Source of the DNA: SAR202 cluster bacterium
Lineage (GTDB): Bacteria; Chloroflexota; Dehalococcoidia; Lucifugimonadales; UBA1123
Length of the DNA: 64,000 bases
Direction of reading: 5' to 3'
Assembly: GCA_030752795.1 (NCBI GenBank)
Contig: JASMDM010000033.1
Span: forward strand, 1,441 to 65,440
The stretch's first letter is position 1. Every line of letters begins with the position of its first letter. Under the pieces are notes generated by a model. The model saw only the letters and a list, made by a program, of their open reading frames with translations. It had not been told where the DNA came from and did not search any database. Position numbers and translations under genes: made by a program. Positions 30,733-39,513 of the stretch are shown one piece after another.

Positions 30733-31470
30733 TTACGGCCGTTTGCGCCCTTGGATCAGAGTTGTCTTGGTGTTGTCGCGACTGGGCAGATCGTGGACCT
30801 CCCGGTCGATTTGCGTGATGTGCTGGTGCATCGCCGATTGAGCCGCCTCCGAGTCGCGGTTCTCGATGGCGACCAGGATCCGTTCGTGCGATTGCAGCGA
30901 CTTCTGCGAACGTTCCGGAGACATCAGCGCGTCCTCGCGGCTCTGGCTCAGGATGCCGGAGATCGCTTGATTGACCGCGACCAACGCCGAGTTTTTCGTC
31001 GCGTTGGCGATGGCTTGATGGAACGCTATGTCGTACGCGACGCCCGTGCCGCCCGCCTGGATCTCGGCCTTCTGTTGTCGCAGAATCTCGCCCAGCCGGT
31101 CGATGTCGGACTGCGATGCCCTTTCGGCCGCCAGCGACACGACGTGCGGTTCGAGCAGCAACCTCATCTCGAAGACATCGCCAACGCCGTCGCCCGACTC
31201 GTTCAGCAGCGGCGAGAACGCTTGGACGATGGTCTCGATCACGTCCTCGGTCACGAACGTGCCGGCGCCGGGTCGAATCACTACCAAACCCTTTTGGTCC
31301 AGCAACCGCATGGCCTCGCGCACCGAAGCCCGACTGACGCCCATCTGCTGGGCGAGTTCACGTTCCGGAGGAAGCCTGTCGCCTGGCTTGAGGGCGCCGT
31401 CGCGGACGAGACCGTAGATCTGTCCGACGATCTCCTCGGGAATTCGTGTTTTTTTGATGGACTGAAGCAG
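30733..31470 (-). CDS. GntR/FadR-family transcriptional regulator (wHTH plus FCD domain)
   Basis: IPEEIVGQIYGLVRDGALKPGDRLPPERELAQQMGVSRASVREAMRLL followed by an FCD-type C-terminus. The first ATG (31344) lies inside the HTH. The frame is open up to TGA 31480-31482. The best start is CTG 31470, with SD GAGGT 6 nt upstream. Confidence 0.8.
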   Translation of the reverse strand: MLQSIKKTRIPEEIVGQIYGLVRDGALKPGDRLPPERELAQQMGVSRASVREAMRLLDQKGLVVIRPGAGTFVTEDVIETIVQAFSPLLNESGDGVGDVFEMRLLLEPHVVSLAAERASQSDIDRLGEILRQQKAEIQAGGTGVAYDIAFHQAIANATKNSALVAVNQAISGILSQSREDALMSPERSQKSLQSHERILVAIENRDSEAAQSAMHQHITQIDREVHDLPSRDNTKTTLIQGRKRP

Positions 31471-31750
31471 CGTCGTACCTCATCGATTAAACATCAGGTG
31501 GTCAGACCAATCCAAGCGATTATGACACCACTGCTGTGACGTGTCAATATGGTCCGAATCGTCGCTTGTTCGCTGAGGCGGTGCTGATTTATCAGTGTTC
31601 AAGCCAGGCGATTGACAGCCGTGGAATGCTGCAGTCGATTTGGGCGTCGATGTTGACACGTCGGAACTCGATGCCTAACATTCGAGACGGTTGGAATTTT
31701 GCTTTCCAGCAGTTGCTGGAATTGGCCACTGGGCGATGAGGAAGGTAGGC

Positions 31751-32467
31751 ATGGGAATAGAAAACGTAAAAGCGATGACGTTCGACGTCTTCGGCACCGT
31801 CGTTGATTGGCGGGCAAGCATCACACGCGAGGGCCGGAAGCTCGGCGGAGCCAAAGGCATCACCGGCGTCGACTGGGTCGAGTTCGCGGACGCGTGGCGC
31901 GGCGGATACCGGCCGTCGATGGACCTCGTCCGAACGGGCAAGCTGCCCTGGACGAAGATCGACGATCTCCACCGCATGGTGCTCGACGAACTCCTGGCGA
32001 AGTACAACATCACAGGACTCACCGAGGAAGAAAAAGTCGATTTCAACAAAGCCTGGCATCGCCTCGACCCATGGCCGGACTCGGTGGCGGGACTCAATCG
32101 GCTCAAGTCGCGATACATAATCTCGACTCTGTCCAACGGCAACGTCGCCCTGCTGACGAATATGGCCAAGTGGGGCGGGTTGCCGTGGGACTGCGTCCTG
32201 TCCGCGGAGAGTGTCCGCCACTACAAGCCTGATCCGGAGTCTTACCTTGGCGCCGCCGACCTGCTGGGTGTTGAGCCGTCGGAACTCATGATGGTCGCCG
32301 CGCACAAATACGATCTGATGGCGGCGCATGATGTGGGGCTAAAGACCGGATTCGTCGGCCGTCCCGACGAACACGGCCCCGACCGCGAAGTAGACGTCGA
32401 ACCCGAAGACTGGATGGATGCGCACGGAACCGACTTCGAGGACTTCGCGGCAAAGCTCGGCTTGTGA
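31751..32467 (+). CDS. haloacid dehalogenase type II (HAD superfamily)
   Basis: MTFDVFGTVVDW (motif I), ISTLSNGN, and a K...D acid pair near the C-terminus. ATG 31751 follows GAGGAAGG. Confidence 0.8.
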   Translation: MGIENVKAMTFDVFGTVVDWRASITREGRKLGGAKGITGVDWVEFADAWRGGYRPSMDLVRTGKLPWTKIDDLHRMVLDELLAKYNITGLTEEEKVDFNKAWHRLDPWPDSVAGLNRLKSRYIISTLSNGNVALLTNMAKWGGLPWDCVLSAESVRHYKPDPESYLGAADLLGVEPSELMMVAAHKYDLMAAHDVGLKTGFVGRPDEHGPDREVDVEPEDWMDAHGTDFEDFAAKLGL

Positions 32468-32554
32468 GGCGCGACGGAACAGATCGCCTGCGAAGCTCAA
32501 ACTGGTGGATTTGGAGCGACGGTTGCTCTGAAATTGAGTAGATGCAACGGACAT

Positions 32555-32585
32555 ATGTCATTCTGAATCCGCAGATGAAGAATCT
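32555..32585 (+). repeat. dispersed 31-nt repeat, copy 2
   Basis: ATGTCATTCTGAATCCGCAGATGAAGAATCT, 25/31 identical to the reverse complement of 12839-12869. Confidence 0.5.
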
Positions 32586-32849
32586 TGTCTAAGGAAGGAT
32601 GCGATCGCCCAAAGACCTCGATATGATTCAGTTGCCACGTATCGTTCTGCTTCAAACGGTGCAGTGGTCACGATTCAATCGGTCGCCAACTACTCATCTG
32701 CCCACCCGGTCGACGCAGGCACTCAAGATAACTTCCGCAACCGAACTGCGGTGATCTGGCCGTTTACGGCCAGTCCGCCTCCGGCCAACCCGTGAAACGA
32801 GAGTTCACATCAGCCAACTCAACTCAATCAAACACAGGCAACGCCTAAA

Positions 32850-34034
32850 ATGACATTCCACCCGAAAAACGTCCTAATCATGCAGTCGGGCGGCTGCACG
32901 AACGTCCTCAACAGCAGCCTGTCCGGGATCGCCGCCGAAGCCGCCGGGTCTCGCGCGTTCGACCGAATCTACGGCGCCTCTCACGGGCTGGATGGCTTGC
33001 TCGACAATCGGACCGTCGATCTGACGGACGTGCCGGAGACGACGTGGAAGCGCGTCGCCCGTTCTCCCGGCGCCGCGCTCGGGTCGACGCGCCACAAACT
33101 CACGCCTGAAGACGTGCCGATCATCCTGGACAAGCTCGCCGCCCTCGACATCGGCTATTGGTTCATCGTAGGAGGCAATGACTCGGCGGAGACCGGGCAC
33201 ATGCTCACTGTTGAAGCCGCGAAGGCCGGATACGACCTCGTCGAGGTCAACGTCCCGAAGACGATCGACAACGATCTGGTGCTGACCGATCACTGTCCCG
33301 GCTACGGCAGCGCTGCGCGGTTCGTCGCGCTCGCGGCCATGGGCGCAGGCAACGACGCCGAGGCGATGGGCGTTGCCTCGCCGATCACGATCCAAGAGGT
33401 GATGGGCAGAGACACTGGATGGCTGGCAGCGGCGTCAGCGCTCGGCAGGCGGGAAGAGCGCGACGCCCCCCACGTAATCTGCCTGCCCGAAACGCCGATC
33501 TACGAAGATCGCTTCGTGTCGCGGGTCGAGGACGCGTACACACGCTTCGGCTTCGCGGTCGCCGTCGTCTCCGAGAACGCTCGGAGCGCGGACGGCGTAC
33601 TTGGCGGGCAATCCGAGCCGTGGTTCGTCGACGACTTCGGCCATGCCTATTACGACGGCCCGGCCCGATACCTCGCCAGCCTTGTCGCAAAACGTCTCGG
33701 CGTTCGAGTTCGGTACGAGAAGCCCGGCACGATTCAGCGTTCGTTCGTCGCCGCTGCCTCGCCTCGCGATGTCCGAGAGGCCGAGATGGCCGGTCGCGCC
33801 GCGGTCCGTGCGGCGCTTGACGGACACAACGACGTAATCGTCACGCTCGAACGAATCGCCGGAACCAGGTACGAGTGCACGACGGGCTTGGCGCCGCTCG
33901 AAGCCGTTGGCGGCAAAGTCAGAACGATGCCTGCCGAGTTCCTGGACGCCTCAAGCGGTGAGATCCAACCCGCGTTCCTCCGGTACCTGCGACCGCTGGT
34001 CGGCCGCCTTCCTCGATTCGCTCGACTAACCTAG
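32850..34034 (+). CDS. pfp: phosphofructokinase-A family enzyme, predicted PPi-dependent (diphosphate--fructose-6-phosphate 1-phosphotransferase)
   Basis: 394 aa with GGCTNVLN, GGNDS (Asp where ATP-PFKs have the second Gly of GGDGS), PKTIDND (Lys where ATP-PFKs have Gly) and MGRDTGWLA. Confidence 0.85.
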   Translation: MTFHPKNVLIMQSGGCTNVLNSSLSGIAAEAAGSRAFDRIYGASHGLDGLLDNRTVDLTDVPETTWKRVARSPGAALGSTRHKLTPEDVPIILDKLAALDIGYWFIVGGNDSAETGHMLTVEAAKAGYDLVEVNVPKTIDNDLVLTDHCPGYGSAARFVALAAMGAGNDAEAMGVASPITIQEVMGRDTGWLAAASALGRREERDAPHVICLPETPIYEDRFVSRVEDAYTRFGFAVAVVSENARSADGVLGGQSEPWFVDDFGHAYYDGPARYLASLVAKRLGVRVRYEKPGTIQRSFVAAASPRDVREAEMAGRAAVRAALDGHNDVIVTLERIAGTRYECTTGLAPLEAVGGKVRTMPAEFLDASSGEIQPAFLRYLRPLVGRLPRFARLT

Positions 34035-34205
34035 GCAGGGACCCGACCGCAACAGAAGCTGCGTACATCGCGTTTTCGTGGACCCACTCGGCCGCGACCA
34101 AGCCGTACACCGACGTCCCAAATGTGCCTGCAATGGGGCCGTCCACGACGTTTCGCGCAGTTAAGGGCTTGACAAACATTCCGCTGAAACCGCTAATAGT
34201 TAGTT

Positions 34206-36833
34206 ATGTTCACGAGCGGAGCGAACGGAAAACGGAGCGTCGTGTCTGAGACTCTTCGAAGATTGGACCGAGCTGTTGTTTGGATCGGACGGGCTATCGA
34301 AGTCCACCTATCCAAGCGATGGCCCATCGTTGGAGCGATCGGCGTCGCCGGATTGACGTTCGTGATCATTGCGATCGGCATCGCCGGCTACGGTCTCATG
34401 TTGGCGGACGACGTTGATCTTGCACAACTGGGGGGCGCTGTCAACGAGGCGTTGGCGGACGACAAAGGCTCAGGTCTGGAAGTTGCTCTCGCTGACGTGG
34501 ACCATCTGCGCGACCGAACCACGCTCCCATTGCGCTTGGTGCGTTGGGTTGGCCAATTGGGCTCTTCGATGGTGTGGCTGCCTCTGATTTCGACCGAGTC
34601 CGCAGGAGTTGCCGCCCAGGCTGACCGCATCACGTCCGATCTCGATTCAGCCTCGTCGCTAATCGGGTGGGCCGGGAAGTTTATTGACACGTTTGAAGAC
34701 ACTGAATCGGCGATAGTTCGGTTTCAGGACCAAGCTCGGATTGCCGAACTTCGATCCAACCTCGATGAGATCCGCGCCGGATTCGAGAGTGGCGCCGTCA
34801 ACATGCCCGATGCTGGTCGGACATCCAGGTACTCCGTCGTGACACGGGTTCCCGGATTGTCGGACGTCTTCAATGACCTGGAGGCGGCCGAAGACGCGTT
34901 GGTTCAAGCCGCGACAGCGGGCGAGCGCGCCTCGCGTGTCGCCGTCGTGCTCTTGGACCTGGCCGAAGCCTCGCGACCTTTGCTTGACCGGTTTTCAGGA
35001 GGAGGCGTCATTGAGAACGGCGCCTCTGACCCCATTTACGCGGCTCTCACCGGCTTTCGCCAAACGGCGCTCGAGGCGCAGGCGAGTGCCGCTGCGGTCG
35101 GCGACGCCGTGTCCGATCTCGGCGGCTTCGGCGCGTTCTCTGAGAAGCTCGAAGCACTGGACCGACTGGTGGATGCCGCGGTTGTGATCGGTGAGGCCGG
35201 CGTGATTGGATTCGAAGCGCTGAGGCCCGCGTATGAGATTATCAGCCAGTCCGAGGGCGGCATTTTGGACGGCGCCGGAATTCTGCCCGAGGCACTGGCA
35301 ACGCTGCGAGACCGCACAGGCGAGATCGACGACGTGATAGCAAGGCTGGGCGAATCGGAACGGACGCTGCGAGCACTCATCGCCGACGGCAGCTTGCCTT
35401 CAGGTTCGTCCGGACTGCCGGGAATCGTTGATTACGTCGCCGAAGTGCGGGCCGGGCTCCAGCTTGTGAACGGCATCGCACCGGTTGCGAACGAATTGCT
35501 AGGCCATGGCGACGCTCGCAAATACCTCATGCTGGGTCAGTCGGCTGACGAGTTGCGAGGCGCCGGCGGGTTCGTTTCCGGCATCTGGACCATGACCGTA
35601 CAGGATGGCGCCCTCGACGGAGTTACATATTACGATGTCGTGCGCGTCGACGATTGGGATCGGTTGGTCCTGTATCCGGCGGCGCCGCCCGGACTCGAAG
35701 AGCACATGAACGCCTGGGTGTGGTTGCTGCGTGACGTCTCTTGGGACCCTGATTTTCGGGCGACTGCCCAAAGTGCCAGCGCGATGTTCAAGATCGGCCA
35801 AAACCAAGATGTCGACGGTGTCCTCGCGATCAACCAATGGGCGCTCCTTGGACTGGTGCAGGCGGTTGGCGGAATAACACCTCCGGAGGGCGGCGACCCC
35901 ATCACCGCGAACAACCTGATCACCGTGCTGGAGCGGGGCACCGACCTCTACGGTCGCGCCTACATGGACCTCGTGCTTCAAGGGCTGATCGAAGAATTCG
36001 CCAGCCAGAGCTCGCTCTCCGGGCTGATCAGGCTCGCCTCAGCCGTCCTCGGCGCGCTTGAGTCACGAGACCTGGTATTCTATTTTGAGGATACGGACGC
36101 CCAGAAAGCCGTCGAAACCCTGGGTTGGGCGGGCGTCGTCGAGCCATTTTCCGGCGACTACCTCTACGTCGTGGATTCGAATATCGGGTGGAGCAAAGTC
36201 GATAGAAATATCGAAAGAGAAATTTCGTATTTGGTGGACCTGAGCAGAGACGGAAGACCTCGGGCGACTCTCAACGTCGAATACACGAATCACAGCGGAC
36301 CGGATTCGCCGCCTTGCGAACCCCAGTGGCTTAATCGAGGCACTGACTACAGCCAGCTCATCAATGCGTGTTATTGGGATTTCGTTCGCGTGTACATGTC
36401 CGAGGGGAGTCGCCTACTCAATCAGTCGGAATTGCCATTGCCCGAACTGAGCGTTTCAGTGGAGATCGGCAAAGGAATGCCGGGTCAGGAGACGGGCGCG
36501 GTGTCCGCGATGCACGACAAGGCGGTGTTCTCCGGGCTCGTCGTCGTTCCCGCGGGCTCCAGCCGATCTGTATCACTGGTGTACGACTTGCCGGAATACG
36601 TCACCCACGACGACGGAAGCTCCATCGACTATGAATTGTTGCTTCAAAAACAACCCGGCGTTAGAAGCAGGAAAGTGTCAATCGATCTGATTCCGCCTGT
36701 CGGATATAATGTATCGGCAAGTTCGGTCCCGTTTGTGATTCAGGACGATGGTCGCGCACGAATTAACAGCACGTTACAACGCGACGAATCAATACGAGTC
36801 TCGTTCGTGAGGGATCGTGTGCAAGGTGGATAA
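34206..36833 (+). CDS. DUF4012 domain-containing membrane-anchored protein
   Basis: 875 aa. One N-terminal TM helix (IVGAIGVAGLTFVIIAIGIAGYGL). The hallmark segment is ARKYLMLGQSADELRGAGGFVSGIWTMTVQDG. Confidence 0.75.
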   Translation: MFTSGANGKRSVVSETLRRLDRAVVWIGRAIEVHLSKRWPIVGAIGVAGLTFVIIAIGIAGYGLMLADDVDLAQLGGAVNEALADDKGSGLEVALADVDHLRDRTTLPLRLVRWVGQLGSSMVWLPLISTESAGVAAQADRITSDLDSASSLIGWAGKFIDTFEDTESAIVRFQDQARIAELRSNLDEIRAGFESGAVNMPDAGRTSRYSVVTRVPGLSDVFNDLEAAEDALVQAATAGERASRVAVVLLDLAEASRPLLDRFSGGGVIENGASDPIYAALTGFRQTALEAQASAAAVGDAVSDLGGFGAFSEKLEALDRLVDAAVVIGEAGVIGFEALRPAYEIISQSEGGILDGAGILPEALATLRDRTGEIDDVIARLGESERTLRALIADGSLPSGSSGLPGIVDYVAEVRAGLQLVNGIAPVANELLGHGDARKYLMLGQSADELRGAGGFVSGIWTMTVQDGALDGVTYYDVVRVDDWDRLVLYPAAPPGLEEHMNAWVWLLRDVSWDPDFRATAQSASAMFKIGQNQDVDGVLAINQWALLGLVQAVGGITPPEGGDPITANNLITVLERGTDLYGRAYMDLVLQGLIEEFASQSSLSGLIRLASAVLGALESRDLVFYFEDTDAQKAVETLGWAGVVEPFSGDYLYVVDSNIGWSKVDRNIEREISYLVDLSRDGRPRATLNVEYTNHSGPDSPPCEPQWLNRGTDYSQLINACYWDFVRVYMSEGSRLLNQSELPLPELSVSVEIGKGMPGQETGAVSAMHDKAVFSGLVVVPAGSSRSVSLVYDLPEYVTHDDGSSIDYELLLQKQPGVRSRKVSIDLIPPVGYNVSASSVPFVIQDDGRARINSTLQRDESIRVSFVRDRVQGG

Positions 36834-36843
36834 CATAGTTCGG

Positions 36844-38502
36844 ATGAAAAGGCATCTCAGGCGCCCGAGAACCAGAGCCGGCACGTCTCGCTATGTGGGG
36901 CGGGCCATTTTGGCGTACGCGGCCGCGGTGGTCGTCGCGCTGGCGTTGGCGGCGTGCTCGTCCACCGACCTGACGCCTCCGGCGGCGGCGCCACCCGCGC
37001 TGGAAGTCACGCGCGATGTGCCTCCCGCCGTCGTCAAAGAGGTGTTCGCATCGGTCCGAATTACCGAACCGGACAAGTCTGTCGGTCAACTCGATCGAGT
37101 CGTTGTCTCTCCCGTCGTTGTGGTCGCGGATTCAGGTGAGACAGTTGCGCTCTCCGCGCAAGCTTACCTTGAAGACGGCGAAATCGACACTGGAGCTAAG
37201 CTCATCTGGATCGTCAAAGACATAAGGGCGGGTTCGATCAACCCCGACGGCAAATTCACGGCCGGCATCATCCCCGGAGATTATCCCAACGCGATATCCG
37301 TGACGGCGACAAACAAGACAAGCGTCGGAGTCGATCAAACTTCCGAGTTGATCTCGGTGACGGTCGTCGGTGAAAATCGACCGGCGAGCATCGCATCGAT
37401 CGAAGTTCTGCCGGCGGGCCCAGCGGTGTTTTCCGGGCAACTGTTCCGGATGCGAGCGATCGCATACGACGAGAACGGATTTGTTATACCCGGGGTCAGT
37501 TTCGATTGGCGAGTCAATGAGGCCTCTTTGGGCAGTGTGACTGCTTCTGGTTATTTGAACGTCCAGGGTTCTCCGGGATTGTTCACCGGCGCTGTGTCGG
37601 TCACCGCCCGATGGCAGGGACAAAACCTAGTTGAGAAGATTGACGTCAACGTCCTCGAAGAACGACCGGGCCCGGACGACATGACCGTCCAAGTGCTGCC
37701 TCAGCGAGTCCACATCAAATTCGGCGACAACATGCAATTAAGAGCGGTTGCGCTGAACGGACTCGGGGAACTTGTGACCGGAACCCAGTTGCGGTGGAGC
37801 GTCGACGAACCGCAAGCCGGGAGCATAACAGGCGGTGGAATGTTCACGGCCGGCGTCTTCCCTGGCGTCTACACGGAGGCCGTGAAAGTCGAAGCGATTA
37901 TTCCCGGAGAGAGCGGCGTGATCCACGCCGCCGACTTCGCATCGGTGATCGTCCGAGGCGACGGCGCGACCCGCAAGCTGGATGGTGTTGTCGGACGGCC
38001 TGGCAACGTGGTCATTGGCCCGGGCGGCCGCACTATCCTGGTCGCGAGGGCTTTCGACCCCGAAGGACATCCCGCGGAGAACGTCGGCATCCATTGGGAG
38101 ATGACGGACGACGCGGCGGGAACCATCAACGAAAACGGCAGCTTCAAAGCTTCCTCGCAACCAGGCTCGTATCCGAGTTCAGCGAAAGTGGTTGCTACGC
38201 AAGATGCGGACGGCGAGCAGATCGTTCGGTCGGACACCGTGGACGTGAGCATCACGGGTTTGTTGACAATCGCTGAGATTTCGCCTGTCACGTCAACCGT
38301 ACCGCAAGAGCAGTCGGTGCATTTCATGGCGTACGGTACGGACGAGAACGGCCTGCTGCTGCCTGGGCTTGTCGTGCGTTGGGGGCTCGCGGACGAGACG
38401 GCGGGCTCCATTGATGCGTTCGGCAATTTCATAGCCACCGGTGAACCGGGGCTGTACGAGAACCTGGTTATCGCCACGGTCGTACAACCATTAACGGATT
38501 GA
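36844..38502 (+). CDS. lipoprotein with tandem bacterial Ig-like (Big_2-type) domains
   Basis: Lipobox LALAAC-S. At least five ~85-aa repeats end in G(S/T)I...G.F(T/K)A...PG.Y...(V)...A. The alternative GTG 36817 overlaps the preceding stop. Confidence 0.75.
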   Translation: MKRHLRRPRTRAGTSRYVGRAILAYAAAVVVALALAACSSTDLTPPAAAPPALEVTRDVPPAVVKEVFASVRITEPDKSVGQLDRVVVSPVVVVADSGETVALSAQAYLEDGEIDTGAKLIWIVKDIRAGSINPDGKFTAGIIPGDYPNAISVTATNKTSVGVDQTSELISVTVVGENRPASIASIEVLPAGPAVFSGQLFRMRAIAYDENGFVIPGVSFDWRVNEASLGSVTASGYLNVQGSPGLFTGAVSVTARWQGQNLVEKIDVNVLEERPGPDDMTVQVLPQRVHIKFGDNMQLRAVALNGLGELVTGTQLRWSVDEPQAGSITGGGMFTAGVFPGVYTEAVKVEAIIPGESGVIHAADFASVIVRGDGATRKLDGVVGRPGNVVIGPGGRTILVARAFDPEGHPAENVGIHWEMTDDAAGTINENGSFKASSQPGSYPSSAKVVATQDADGEQIVRSDTVDVSITGLLTIAEISPVTSTVPQEQSVHFMAYGTDENGLLLPGLVVRWGLADETAGSIDAFGNFIATGEPGLYENLVIATVVQPLTD

Positions 38503-38545
38503 CGGTTGCTCTCCGCCAACCGAAATCGCGCCGAAGGCAATCTCG

Positions 38546-39400
38546 ATGGCCGATCACGTTGATGATTCAAGCGCCCACCCCTCCGGAAACCTCGTGAGCA
38601 ACCGCATTGCTCTCGCTGCTTTTGTCGCTCTCTTGGGAACCTTGGTCGTCGTAACCTGCTCGCCTTCTGACCTTCCCGATGAACCGCCGCCTGTCGTTGC
38701 GTCGACACCCGACCAAAGTTCATCCGCAGAAGACCCTTCTCTCGGAACGGTGGTCGAGATATTGGATGGCGTCACTGTCGAAATCGAGAACGCCGGCTCT
38801 GTCTACCGGGTTCGATATCTTGGCGTGGCAGTGCCGATTTCTGGCGATTCGGGCGGAGCCGCGGAATTCAACCGGTTTCTCGTACAGGGCAAAACCGTGG
38901 TGCTGGCAAAGGATCTGGTCGACAGAGACACGGACGGCGCGCTGCTGAGATACGTCTACGCGGATGGCGAGATGGTCAACACCAAACTCCTCACAAGCGG
39001 TTGGGGGATGGTGGCAGACTACCCGGCGGAATTCGATCAAGTCGAAGCGTTCTTGCACGCTCAGGCCGATGCCGAGGTGAACAAACGCGGCGTCTGGAGC
39101 GACGCGGTTGCCCAGGCGCCCGATTCGCCGACACCCACGCCAGTCGCGCCCGGCGGATTCAGCATGGGCGGCACGCTTCCCAGCCCGCTCGGACCGGGCG
39201 GGCCCGGTATTTGCGATTTCTCCGGCAGCACGGATCCGATCATCAAAGGCAATGTCGATCCGCTTAGCGCCGAACGACTCTACCATGTGCCGGGCGGCCT
39301 ATTCTACTCGACCACCGTCATCGACGAGAGCGACGGTGAGGCGTGGTTTTGCACGGAAACACAGGCTGAGGCACTAGGGTGGAAGCGTTCGAAGCGGTAG
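38546..39400 (+). CDS. secreted thermonuclease (SNase)-like nuclease with a C-terminal IKGN...YH.PG...FC..E.EA..AGW module
   Basis: N-terminal hydrophobic anchor. SNase core is VYRVRYLGVAVP...FNRFLVQGKTVVLAKDLVDRDTDGALLRYVYADGEMVNTKLLTSGWG...AEVNKRGVWS. Confidence 0.75.
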   Translation: MADHVDDSSAHPSGNLVSNRIALAAFVALLGTLVVVTCSPSDLPDEPPPVVASTPDQSSSAEDPSLGTVVEILDGVTVEIENAGSVYRVRYLGVAVPISGDSGGAAEFNRFLVQGKTVVLAKDLVDRDTDGALLRYVYADGEMVNTKLLTSGWGMVADYPAEFDQVEAFLHAQADAEVNKRGVWSDAVAQAPDSPTPTPVAPGGFSMGGTLPSPLGPGGPGICDFSGSTDPIIKGNVDPLSAERLYHVPGGLFYSTTVIDESDGEAWFCTETQAEALGWKRSKR

Positions 39401-39457
39401 GCCCGTAAACCGCATTATTCCGCGATCTCTACCCTTGCATCGCCCCTCAATGGCCGG

Positions 39458-39466
39458 TGCTATAAT
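39458..39466 (+). promoter_or_regulatory. candidate extended -10 promoter element for dnaE
   Basis: TGcTATAAT (perfect TATAAT at 39461-39466 with a TG motif), about 50 nt upstream of the dnaE start. Confidence 0.35.
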
Positions 39467-39513
39467 CTCGATATCTCCCTGGCGTTTGGCCGAATTTGTT
39501 TCATGGAGGGGCC

